From Emiliania huxleyi CCMP1516 (taxonomy: Eukaryota), in NCBI RefSeq assembly GCF_000372725.1, contig NW_005201144.1, forward strand, positions 62,001 through 126,000: a stretch of 64,000 nucleotides of DNA, read 5' to 3'. Shown in pieces: positions 40,730 to 52,800 of this stretch. A program made the position numbers and the translations under genes. A model generated the notes under the pieces. It worked only from the letters and a program-made list of their open reading frames with translations, made no database searches and was not told where the DNA came from. Within the stretch, counting starts at the first letter, position 1; each line of letters opens with the position of its first letter.

Positions 40730-43240
40730 TCTTCGGATCAATCCACGATTGCAGCCTGACAAGGCCAACGTCGGACACCGCGTACTCCATCCTTGCGGAC
40801 GCTCTGCCGCTCGGACCGCACAGATGCCGCAAGCAGCGCCGGCGAGGCATCTGCGACCTATGCTATCTGCTCCGGGGAGAGACTGTAATCGAGACCACTC
40901 GGCACCTGGCCCTCGAGTGCCCTTACACAGGCCTGGTCCACGAGGCCGTCCTCCGCACGGTTCTGGAAGTCACAACGCTAGACGATGCGGTGCGGGAAGA
41001 GACACGGCGTTCGCGATGGCAACAACTCGCGCACGAACACCGCCGACTCTGCATAACCGGATTTCGGCTTACTACGAGCAGAGGACAGATGGCGGAGGGG
41101 CGAATCGGGACAACGCCGACACGCGTGATGATGTTGGAGACGCTGGCGGGCATCGTGCGGCGGCGGCACTACAACGCGAACCTTGCACACGACGCGACGC
41201 CGGACGCCCGAGTCGACTCCATCTTCAAGTACGCTAGAGCGGCACTCGTCCGCCAATTTTATTACACGGCGAAGAGAGCACAGCAAACCGAGCGGGAAAT
41301 ACGCCTTCGCATACCCGGATGGCAGCCCTCGCCTGGGGAAGGACCAGTAGCAGAGTGGGAAAGGGAGTGGCTCGCATCCGGCTTCTTTTCTGACGACGGC
41401 CAATGCGCGCTTCCGGAGAGGATTCAGCTTGCCCGCGGCATCGCTGCGAATGATTGCGCAAGCAACACGATGGCACTACTCAGCGTCGAGCCTTGCGATA
41501 GGGGCAGCGCTCCCCGTGTTAAAGTGCGGCTGATGGTGGAGGCGCCAGGGGTTATACTTCGACCCTGTCGACGGGACGGCACCACGCCCCAACAACAGCA
41601 GCAACCGCCCGACCTGGACGGCGTACACTGATGGGTCGGAAGATGGAGGCAGGGCGGGATGGGCGTACGCCGTAGTCATGGGCGGGGACGGCATAAGCGA
41701 CGAGAATGCCATGCTCGTGACCGAAGGCTACGGCCCCGTCGTGACTAGCCCCGTACACGCCGCTTTCGTGGGGGCGCGGAAACACACCAATAACACGGCG
41801 GAGCTGTCAGCGCTTGCGGAGCTCTTTCGCTCACTACTCCACACGGCACCACGACCAGCAGGCTCACGAGGGGTGGTCCGAACGGACAGCGAGTACGCGA
41901 TGGCGTGTGCGACGGGGAGAATCTCCCCGGGGGAGAACACACAACTAGCGAGCTATCTTCGAGCAGCGTGGCGACATTTAGCGTCGAGGCACGAAGTGAC
42001 ATGGAGACACGTCAAGGGGCACAGTGGTCATAAGTGGAACGACTACGTCGATAAACAAGCTGACCTCGGCAGGAGCGGCGCGAGGGATTGCGGCGCGCCG
42101 GAGTGGCAGGACGGGTCTGTCCCAACAGACGCAGACGACGGGGAGAGCAGCACCGTGGGCGACGACATGCCTATCAACGGAGGAGCAACAACCATCCCAC
42201 TCGACGACATCGGTGATGGGGCCTCTAGCTACGCCGATGACCCACCCGACTCCCCCGAAAACGAACCGCCGCCTAGCGCCCCGCCCTCGTCGCCTAAAGC
42301 CCCCATCGTGGAGCAGGGGATGATATGGATTTCATACACGCCGAGCGCGCAGGCGCGACACATCGGAGACAACAAGGGGATCCGGCGTGAAAGAGCTATC
42401 GACATTGACGTCGACCCAGCCGATTCCACCGATGTCGACGTCATCACCTCCGCGGCCACCGCGCTTTCGCTCGACGACACCGTGGAGAATCGCACCGAGG
42501 ACCTTGCCGAGGCGATGGGCCGGATCACTTTGGACCCCGACCCCGCCCCCACCCCTCGGGGTGGGGGCACCCGCCCCTGTCGGGCGCCGCTTGCGGCGCC
42601 TGGCAGGGGCACCCCCTGGGTGGGGGCCGGCGATTCCCATGCCGGCTCTCCGCCACAACCCCCGCCGGGAGGGAATCCCTGCTCACAGAAAAGGGCTCCG
42701 AGCCCTGTCTCGCGCACGCCCCTGGCGGGCGCCGCGGACCAGTTCCGCGAGCGCTCGTCAGCGGGTGGTGTGCGGTTCTTGCCGTAGTTCCTCTTCGGTC
42801 GCCTAGCCCCGGCGCCGTCTGTCGGACGCCTGCGTGTCACGAGTGCGAGCCGCTCGCGGCTCGTACGCCCGCTTGCGGGTTCGAGTGGCGGGCCATCCCG
42901 CTTGCGGGATGGTTTAGCGGGTTCGAGCCGTCACACATTGGCTGCCGGGGTGACGTATCGGCGCTCTCGGGCACCAAACGCGTCGTGGAGAATGTTGGCG
43001 TGGTCTCCTGGAAGCGCAGCGAGGCGGGCACGTCCGGTGACGACTTGCTCACTTAGCACGAGTCGATGTTTTGGCTCCCTGCCTCTCTCTCGAGGGGTTC
43101 TCGAGGTTGATGTCTTCTCTTGCCGTCACGTCTCGACGCGGCACAACCACAAGTAGGCCATAGAACGCCAGCGCACCCATTAGCGTAGCGGGGCCCATAC
43201 TTTAGACAGTTTGTGCTAAGACGCGCAACGGAGTTTTGAA
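40730..43240 (+). mobile_element. 5'-truncated, frameshifted LINE remnant with a CCHC zinc knuckle followed by RNase H
   Basis: ICDLCYLLRGETVIETTRHLALECP is a LINE C-terminal CCHC. After a frameshift between 41534 and 41630 come RNase H motifs YTDGS, TNNTAELSA, VRTDSEYA and HVKGHSG..WND.VD..A. Stop at 42787. The 3' boundary is approximate. Confidence 0.8.
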
Positions 43241-43580
43241 CTTGAATGTGGGTGTTGCACGCAAGACTCGCCTGGGCCGCTCACGAGAGAGAAAGAAAGA
43301 AAACGCTAAACGGACAGCCGCACAGCTAGGGTTGCGTCGAGGAAAAAGAACGAAGAAAACAGACACGCGAAATGAGGGATGGGAGGAGGACATCCAGCTA
43401 GGCAGGGGGGTGGGGATCCTCGTCCTGCGGCAGCGGCGTGTTGGCTTGGCGCTGCTTCGCCACGTAGTCCATGGATGGCTTTGGCTGCTTGGGCTGGGAA
43501 GGGAGCCTATAAGGGGGAGATCCCCGTTGACAACACGCTGGTCTCGTCGGGAATGCTCTCTCATTCGAGTCGACGGGGCT

Positions 43581-44109
43581 TCACTCGCGCTGCAGCTCCT
43601 GCGGCGTGATCCCAAAGGAGATCGCGGCATCCTCTGCCACCAGCTCTTGCTCGTACGTGGTTCCGGACGATCTGCCGCACGTGATGCAGAACGTGCAACA
43701 CGAGCATACCGTCCCAGTGCTCTTGATGGTGAGTGGCGCCAGTGACGCGACTTGCCACGTGTCAGAGCGTACGTGCTTTGGTGCGATCATCCCACAGACC
43801 TTGTGCCTCGTCACGAAGGTCGTTGGGGTGGCCTCTGTGATCATCAGCTTGTACGGGATGAGATCAAGCACGCACACCCCACAAAGTCGGGCAAACCACG
43901 CGCTGTACCAACTCGTCGGAATGAACTGATCGCCCGCACGAACGAGAGGACTCATGTTGAGCGATGAGAGGAGCTTTTGCTCGGTTTGCCCGAGGGCGTT
44001 GGTCTCCGTGTCGGTGCAGCGGAAAATGAAGGTCGCAGTGTCGGGTTGCCACCTATCGACCAGTGTAGGCACGCCCGACAGTTCTGGACGCGTTTGGTAC
44101 TTGGACATG
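43581..44109 (-). CDS. Intronless hypothetical ORF followed by a retroelement-like 3' tail
   Basis: A ~175-codon non-repetitive ORF from MSKYQTR with a Cys cluster CSCCTFCITC. The shared tail motif lies ~190 bp downstream at 43342-43392. Confidence 0.4.
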
Positions 44110-44582
44110 CGACACGCAACAGTTGAGAGCACAGTGGCGACGAGAGAATGAAGAGAGGCGAGAGTCCCCACCTCTCACGTGCAGAGATTTTGAGGACACG
44201 CCGAAACGCACAACTGAATTCTTTTGCCTAGCTAGCGCCGCCGCCGCCGCCGCCAGTCCGCACCTGTGTCGAGCCTGTCTGCTGTGAGAGAGAGAGTTAG
44301 CTGTTCTCCTGCAATTCTTTTCCCACACTCCAGGGGACTCCGTACTGCTGTGAATACGAACCCATCATACTGTGACCTGGTAGCATATGCCCCGAACGAG
44401 CGAGGTGAACGTGCGGCGGCGGCGGCGGGCACTTACGATCAGACATTGAAGCGCTCCGGCGAATGCATAGCGTACATCACGCGCTCCCCAGACACTGACT
44501 GGCGAGGCGGTGGCCAAATCACGCTAGTCGTGCCCAGCTCGCCATGGGGCTGTTATCTACCCTTATAAGTCTCTCAAGTCTC

Positions 44583-44619
44583 TCGTTTGTGCCGCGTCCC
44601 GTGCCCCCGAGTTCATTTT
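44583..44619 (-). repeat. 37-bp dispersed element, flanked by duplicated tataagtctctc
   Basis: Copy of 29981-30017. tataagtctctc occurs at 44564-44575 and 44622-44633. Confidence 0.85.
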
Positions 44620-46783
44620 ATATATAAGTCTCTCGTGTCCGCGCCGACGCTCTTTTAACGTAGAACGTAAAAGCTGAACACTCGAGAACACCGCCCGCCG
44701 ACGATCGATCAGTCCACAATCGTCGGCCCGCAGCGACCCGCAGCGATGGATGCCGCCGCCCCCCCGGCCCCTACGGCCGACGCGCCGATGCACGACCGGC
44801 CTCCGTCGGACGGCTCTCCGGCCTCTCCGGCCGCTGCCGCCCGCGTTGCTGCCGATCCAGTCCCTCTCACGCTCAGCGATACCCGCACAACCTACGACAA
44901 CTTTGAGGTCGCCGGCTTTGGCCAGGTGCAGCCACCACCTGCTTGCCTCCATGTTCACGCTTCGCGCCCCTCCCCCCCCTCTGACGCCGCCGTATGACCT
45001 TAGGTGAGGGGCACGACTACCCGCCTGGAAGGCGCTCTCATCAGCAAGTCACCCAGGCACCAACTCCTGGGCGTTTACGCTTGACTACGAAACCATGCAG
45101 TGGATGCAGCTCGATCAAAACGGCGACGCCAACAGCTGGCCCCTGGGCGAGTTCCTTGCGCTCAGGATGAGGTGCGAGCCATGATGCTCGACTATCAGCG
45201 TGCACCAAGTCGCTCACATTCCGTGAGTTCGTCAACGGGCCGAACTCTCCAAGTCGACGGCGATCTCGAACTCTGACAACTGGACCGGTGCACCAGCCGC
45301 GGAGGACGATGGCTCCCTCGACGACATCCCTTCATCGACGGACGCCTTCACCGCCGCCGGCCCTGGGCCATCCAGCGCGGCCTCCGACGGCCTGCACGTG
45401 ATCGAGGTACAGAAACGGTGGCTGCCGCAGCTCACACCCTAATCTATCTGCCTTAGGCACGGAGCCAACGGAGCCATCGCGCATGCCCGCATCGCGTGCG
45501 GCTCCGAGGTCTCCCGCCGAGACCGGCTCGGCGCGGCGCGTGGCCGCACGCCGCCGTCGAAAAGGCGATAGGAGAGGGGAGAGCGCCGGCCACATCGAGC
45601 GAGCGCTGACGTGTAAGGTGTCTGCGCTGCTCCGGTGTGTGTGGGATTATGCCTCCCCCCATCTGTGCGGCGAGGTGTTTGCGGTGGGTGCGATGGCCGA
45701 TCGTGCGCGATAGCCTCCTATTGTGCGTGGTGTGTCGGTGTGTCGGTCGTCCGGAGCGTGTGGCGGCGCCGTTGCATGCAGCGACTCTGCTCACGTGCCA
45801 GCTGCCACGACTGAGCTTTGACTGACTTATGAGTGCTGATGGATGATCTCCGACAACCCAAAACCAAAATGAAAATGCGGAGTGGCCCCACTTTGGCGTG
45901 CAGATCCTGCGTCTCTCACTGCCCGCGAACAACAGAGGCGGGTCCGCCGCAGGTCCCCCACTAGTCTCGGCGGAGAATCTCTCTCGGAGGAAGTCGCAGC
46001 CGCCGCGCCCGCCGTCGCCCCGACGCGCAGTTAGCTGCATTGCCCCCGTGTGGGCGTGCAAAAACATGCCCGGCGTCAAGCATGCCCTCTCACAAGATGG
46101 AAACGCCGCAGCCGGCACCGCAGAGCTTAGCGATACTGCTTCCACGGCATTAGCGATACTGCCTTCCACGATCGAGCGCAGTGAGACGCAAGTTCTGGCT
46201 GCTGAACACGCGGGCACTCTGCGTTCTAACGCCAAGCGCGCGCGGAGGATCAACACCCGCCTCTGGCCTTGAGGTGGTTCCCACAGCAGCTGGCCCAGGG
46301 GCTGTGGCCCTGCGCAAAGCGCGCAAGAAGTTGCCGAGCGTGCCGGGGTCCAGCCGGCCCCGCTCGGGGAGTTGAAGGCGGCCGCCGGTAGTGACGCGGG
46401 CTCTTTGGAGAGGCCTCAACGCACCACGCCAGTGGCGGCCGCCACTCCGACGCGCCGCCGGTGGCGCTGCGCAGAGTGCGCAACACCACCAGAGGTGCGC
46501 CCAAAAACCACGAGGTTCGCGCAAAAAAGAACACTACAAAATAGAGGGGAGGGAGGGGGGCGAATGGGGACTACTAACAGGCGCGAGGGTAAGTAAGGTA
46601 AGGACTAAGGTAAGGTAATTTTCTCCACACACACAAAGCGGTGGGGCAAGGGGGTGAGGAGAGAGGGAGGGGCTGTGTGTGCTGCCGTGTGGTGTGGTGA
46701 GAAGTGCACTAGCTGAGCTAGGTGAAAGGGGCCCAGATCCAAACCAACTCGGCGGCATGTTGCGGTCTCCCTCATTGGAGCTC

Positions 46784-48378
46784 TCAAAAGAGGTCTCTGC
46801 ATTCCTCTGGGACGTCGAGACCGAACGCGAGGTAGTCGGTGCGATACAGCCTGCGCGGGCAGCAAACAGCGAGATCAGCCGGCGCGCGAGCGAGACAGCG
46901 GGCACAGAGCGTGATGGTGTGAGAGCATGCCACCTGCAAACCGACCGCACTTCCTCACGAGAGGGGAAGACGACCTCCGCATTCGTAGTTGGGTTTGAGC
47001 GACGCGGTACAGGCACGTCCCTCCAGGCGAACGCGCCGTGCGGGTGCTTCAGCCGCTGCAGCACATATTTGATGGTGGTGTCCAGGTGCGGGCCCATGAG
47101 CGCGACGTAGTTCAGCGGCACCTTGGTAGCGTTCTGCTGCAGCATAAACCAGTACTGCGGCTGGAAGTGCGCGTTCCAGAAGCCCCTCGAGTGTATCGAC
47201 TCAACGAGCTCGCTGACCGAGGTTCGGCGCAGCGGTGGCTCCCACCTGTCGTTGTACTGGGCCCACCCATAGTGTTTCCTTCTGCTCAGCTCGTGCAACG
47301 CGCTCACCACTCGGCTCAGCGGGTCCCGAACCACAGTAAAGTACAAGGCCGAGGGCTCGCGTCGAGCGTCGGAGACGGCGGGCGGCTCCCGCTCGGCGAA
47401 GAGCGCCCTCCCGTCGAGTTCGACCGGCGTCCCGTGCCAGCCGCAAACGTGGTCGTGCTGCCGCCCGTCAAAATATCCAGGGTGGGCCGAGAAGCAGACG
47501 CTGGCCTGGCGAGGGCAATAGTCGCGCATAATATCGGTAAAGGTGGAGCCCGCAGATTTGTAAACGTGGTAAAAGAAGGCCGAGCTGCTCGCGCACACCA
47601 TCACCTCCTGAGAGGTCATCGCCGCAAACCCGCTGACCAGTGCTCGTTCTTGCCAGATTGCGGCGCTGAGGTCAAAGGCGTTGAAGGAGGCGGCGCGGGC
47701 GAACCCATTGGCAACTTCCGCGCAGACGGAGGAGGGCGCGTCAACCAGAGGCGGGCAGTCGGGCGGCGGCGGCGGCTGTGGTGGTGGAGGAGGCAGCTGG
47801 GGCGCTGGCGACGGAGGCGTGGACGGCGGCGGTGGCGACGCGGAGGGTGGAGGAGGCGCCGGCGCCGGCGATGGAGGCAACACCGAAGGCAGCGGCAGCG
47901 CCGTCCTTGTGCCCGGAGTGGCATAGGTAAACGCATGGAAAGCAGCTAGCGCGAAGAAGGCTCCCGCCAGAAAGAGAACGGTGCAGGCGCAGCCCACGGG
48001 AAGTACGCCGTAGCGCCTCAGTTGGACAGCTACCGCAAAGGAGGGACTGAAATCTGAATTTTGGCCCGGAACAGAGCTCAGTTCCACTGCCTCCTGAACA
48101 GAGCTCAATTCCACTGCCTCCTGCATTTGACTGTACCCACGATGCTTGGACTGCGGCCGTGCTGTTGAGTTGGTGGGCAGCTCGAGGCTGACCTCCTCGT
48201 CGTGGTGCCTGTCGGCGGTGGTGCTTGTCGTGGTTGGGGAGGCGTCAACGCCACCCAACTCGGCTGTGCGGGATCGCTGCTTGCCCTCCGCACCGGCATT
48301 CGCGTTGGCATAGGTCGTCAACGCACGTGCGCAGGCTCTGGTGTCTACGACGCTGCGGCGCTTGAGGTCATCGAGCAT
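46784..48378 (-). CDS. Type II membrane (Golgi) carbohydrate sulfotransferase, Sulfotransfer_2-like
   Basis: ATG at 48378, TM GVLPVGCACTVLFLAGAFFALAAF and a Pro-rich stem. 5'PSB is YHVYKSAGST, 3'PB is FTVVRDPLSRVVSA, followed by NAHFQPQ. A GT-AG intron at 46933-46851 restores the family-typical ending RLYRTDYLAFG. Confidence 0.88.
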
Positions 48379-49737
48379 CCTTCCCGGCGACGACGACACA
48401 AGTGCAAAGTTAGGTGTGAATGAACGGGGCGAATGGTCGGTCCTCAACTCTCCATTCGCGCTCTTCTTTTGCGGAACACCCGCGCCTTTCTACCCCTCCA
48501 TTGCCCTTGCAGCCAAGCAGCACTGGCGGCGGATCGGCGGTCGTACTTCGCGATGACGCTGAGGTGGTCGTGGAGCGTGCACTTCGCGCGCGGCACCCGC
48601 CGCGACAGCCGGGCAGGCCTCTCGCGACGGCCGACGATGGCGGTGGGGTGGGGGGGGGGGGGGGGACTAGCGTTCGTCGACGGGCGCTCTTCCGCGCCTT
48701 CGGCGCAGCGCAAGTAGCCCGGGATGGCCAATGGCAGCTGCAGCGCACTTGTGCTCGCCTCGTCGCAGGGTGAGCCGGCCCACCGTCCACCAGTTGCCAA
48801 GCGACGCACGTACATCGAGATGGAGCCAGCCGCTTCATCGGCCGCCACCAAACCGCACGCTGGCCTCACTGAGTTGACGTGCCCGACAAGTGCAACTTTG
48901 GCATTTGGTAAAAGTTGCCCGAGTGGTCTGTGGGGAAAAAACCAAAGCGGAACGGTGGCCCCAAGAGCTAAAGGTCAACATCCCCTCCGGCTACGACAAT
49001 GTGAACCTGATCTGGTCCTCACGGGGTTGACCCGTCTCCTCCAGATCGAGACGGACTTCATGAACGGCCGAGCAATATTTCTTCATTACAATTATTAACT
49101 GATGCCTTTTGCACGGCTGAGCCCCCCCCACCCCCCCTCCCCCGCGCCCCTTCCCTGCCCTCTCCCGCCACACACTCCGTCAGAGCCCCCTCCCCTTTCT
49201 GCACAACAGGAATTTTGACAATTAACCAGATGGTAATTGATGGGCTTGCCCATCCCGGAGTGGTTCGACCCCACATAAATCCGAGACGGTGACGGGATGC
49301 TGTCGTACGATGGTCGCAGGCCCAGTGAGGTAGTGCATCTGACATCCCGGATCCTGCTGAACAAGCTCCTCTTGTAGCTCGATGCCTCGATCGGTCACAC
49401 CGCCATCGCCGTCGGGGAGAGGGGGGACGACACTGCTTCGGCAGCGTGCACCTCGATCCTGTACCGTGTTTGTTAATGACCCCCCCCAATGAACACGCCA
49501 GAGAGGGAGGGCGAGACGATCGAGGGGTCCCGTACCACGCGGAATCGACCCTATCCAGTGCTCAAGTGCTCAGAAGCTCACATCGCAGACAGCGAGGGTG
49601 TGAGAGGCGGACCTAAGGAAGGTTCACAGTAGGGTGATAAGAAACAAGAACCTCGTTCACAGGTAGGTATAAGCGGAGCAGCTGAGTACTATGTGAGCAT
49701 ATCAAGATCACCCACTTACTCAATCGATATCCCGCAG

Positions 49738-49805
49738 GGGCGTGCGCGGGCGTGGCGACGCAAGAGTATTTTCAGAGTTTACAACACCTTGTAAGTGAGA
49801 TCATA
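49738..49805 (+). repeat. Second copy of the 35083-35165 dispersed repeat
   Basis: Direct sequence match with small indels. Confidence 0.8.
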
Positions 49806-49854
49806 CATTGAGTTCTCTGTGAGACACTCGGCCGCCGCCTCACGGGGCGCGCCC

Positions 49855-52800
49855 TCACGCGGCGGACCGCACGGCCTGCCTGCCGCGAGGGCGTGCGGGG
49901 CGGCGGGCGGGCGGGCGGGCGGGCAAGCATGCCCGCTTGGCGGGCGATCCGTCGGCGCCCGCGCCGTCGCCGCCCTCGTCGCCCCGGTGCTTCTTGGCGG
50001 ACCGTGCCGTCTCGGCCGGACCGCTCGGCGTGGCGGCGAGCGGCGCGCGGGTGTGCGGCGGCGGCGGCGGCGGCAGCGGGGGCGCGTCGGCCTTGAAGCG
50101 TGCGTAGAGCGCGGCGATGCGCATCTTGTGCATTGGGTGGGCGGCTGGGCCGAGGGTACGGGTCCAAGCTGCCGACTTCGCGTGCTCATGCGCGGCGGCA
50201 AAGTGGAGGGGCAGCACGACGAAGCGCGCGCCGGCGGCGGCGACGGCGCGCAGGTGCTGCACCTTGTTCATGCCGTAGCCGCGGAAGCGCTCGTCGTAAT
50301 TTGGCAGCCACGCGCGCGAGGCGATGATGTACGGCTCGTAGTACTCCTCGAAGGCGACCTCGTACGGCGCCGAAGCGGTCGCCCAGCGCGCCGCGTCGGT
50401 GGGGCCGTGCCCGTGGCGGAAGTGAGCCTCGTGGAAGGAGGAGGCGGCGCCGCGCCGCAGCAGCGCAGAGAGCGACGACTGCACGCGCGGCATCGGCGCG
50501 GCGGCGTCGACCTCGAAGGCCGGCACGACGAGCGCGGTGCGCGAGGCGGCGAGCGTGTCGAGCAGCGCCGGCCGCTGCTGCTGCAGCTCGCGCAGCAAGC
50601 CTGCGGAGGGCACGAAATCGACGTCGAGGAGGAAGACGAGCTCGGTGCGCGCCTCGCCAGCGGCGAGGTTGCGCAGCGCGTTGATCGGGTAGAGCGAATC
50701 GTACTCCTCGGCTGAGCCCGGCTCGGCGCCGCCCTCCGCCATGCCGCCGCCGCGCGCGTACAGCAGCGAGATCGAGAGCTGCGTGTAGACGGCGGCGGGG
50801 AGGTGGCGACGCTCTTGCGCCAGCGCCGCCTCGCGCTCGGCGGCGGCGGCCGAACCGCGCGGCGCGTCGATGTAGACCGCGACCTGCAAGAAGGTGCGGA
50901 GGGGGCTCAGAGAAAGGTCCGAGGGGCAGCGGCGCGTCGACGAAGACGGCAGGCCGACGCGGGGCCGCGCCACGCCTCGAGCGTTGCGCGCAGGCGGGGG
51001 AGCCGGTCGAGCGAGCACTGCGTCACGAGGGTGACGCGCGCGGACATATCGCCTGCGGGACATGTCGCGGACATGTCGCGGACGGGCGTCTCCGACAGGA
51101 GCAGAGGAGCATAGCAGGGGAGAGTGCGCACCCTCCGGCGGCGCGAGCCAGCCCTGCACCGTCGCGTAGGCCAGCGGCGTCATCCGGCCGAAGAAGCTGT
51201 CCTCCGCCTCGGCCTTGCGCCGAGCCCACTGCCGCTCGATCGACAGCCACGCGCCGCCGTCGCGTGCAGCAGCGGCGGCGGCAGCGGCGGCGGCGGCAAC
51301 CTCTTCGAAGCGACGCCGCTCTGAGGCTGCGAGGGCAGCCACCCTCCCGCTGCCGCCTATGAGAAGAGAGCCTCGCCTCTGCGTTCCCACCTCTGTGGGC
51401 GCGCATAGTGTTGAGTGTGCGGCATCTGCGCCTCCGCCCATCGGCCCGCCGTCGGGCAAGTCGCGCGGGCCAGCGCCGGCGTACATGTCGACCGCGTCAG
51501 CCTCGTCGCCCACGCCGGCGTCGATGTCGGCGTCGGCGTCGGCGTCCTCGGCAAGGTCGTCCGCGGTCGGCTCGAGGACGGTATCCTCGCCAAAGCCGTC
51601 GCCGACCGGGTCCGCCACAGCCTCGTCGCCGCCGACGTCGCCCTCGGCGTCGTCGGCGCCGCCCTCGCCCTCGCCCTCGCCCTCGCCGTGGTGGTGGTGG
51701 TGGTGGTGGTGTTCGTGGTACCCGCCGTAGTAGCCGCAATGGTGGTGGTTCCAGCCGTAGCAGTAGAAGCCTGGGTAGCCGTAGTACGGCAGCCCCCAGA
51801 AGAAGGGGTCGTGGTAGTAGTACGAATGCGCGTAGTGGCGGTAGTGGTACGGCCGGTGCGCCATCAGCGCGGTGTCGCGGCGGTACGTCTGGTAATGGTG
51901 GTACCCTCCCAGCCCGCCGAAGCCCGACTGCTGCTGGTCGAGGTAGTACTTCCGGTCGCCGCGCGCGTAGGTGTACTGCTTCTGGGCTGGCGGGCGGTAC
52001 GGCGCCGTCGCGGCCGGGTTGGCGGGCGGCGGCGGCGGCGGCGGCGGCGGCGCGCTCGAGCCGCGCGACGAGCTCGCGACGGCGGGGATGGCGACCTGCA
52101 GCTGCGAGCCTGGCCCGACGCCCTGCGGCACCGTCACCTGCACCTGCCCTCCGGACGGCGCCGCCACGAGCAGCTGCATGCCCGGGTACACCCCCGGCGG
52201 CACCGCCACCAGCATCACCTGCTGCGCCTGCTGCGCCGCCGGCGCGGCCGGCGCGGCCGGCGCCGCCGGTAGCTCGAAGGTGGGGCTGACAGCGGGCGGC
52301 GGGCCGGAGGTGGCGCGGCTGGCGACCCGCCCTGCGGCGGACGCCTCGTAGACGGAGCCCTTGACGAGCATCGCCTAGTCTCGGGGGTCACTCGGGTCAT
52401 CTCGCCTAGCCTCGGAGACGGAGTGGCTGGACGGCTGAAGGGGGCCGGGTACGGCAGCGGCTCGGCGGCTGTCGCAAAGGCGGCCGCGCTCTTCGCGGTG
52501 GCGGCGTCCTCCTCGACGGCGGTGGCGGTGTAGACGGGCGTGCCCATCGACACCTCGGGCACGGCCGCGGCCTTGGCCACCGCCTTGGCGACGGCGGCCT
52601 CGGCGCGCGGCAGCTCCGGCTTCGGGTACGAGACCATCGGCGCGCTCGCCGCCGGCGCGGCAGGCGCGAGCTCGGCGGCGGCGCCCTTCCACGCATAGTC
52701 GCGTGGCGGCGGCTGCGCCATCGCGGTGCGCAGCTCGCCGTAGATCCAGTTGCGCCGAGCGTCCCAGTTGGTGTAGTAGCCGGAGCCAAACTGGCCGGGG

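Noticed and set aside
44746..46500. Short ORFs between the LINE debris and the sulfotransferase
   Set aside because: Some text is protein-like, but I could build no consistent spliced frame and found no domain motif.
46588..46620. (GTAAG)n tract resembling stacked splice donors or a telomeric seed
   Set aside because: It is a short degenerate simple repeat in intergenic DNA and is not the TTAGGG-type unit.
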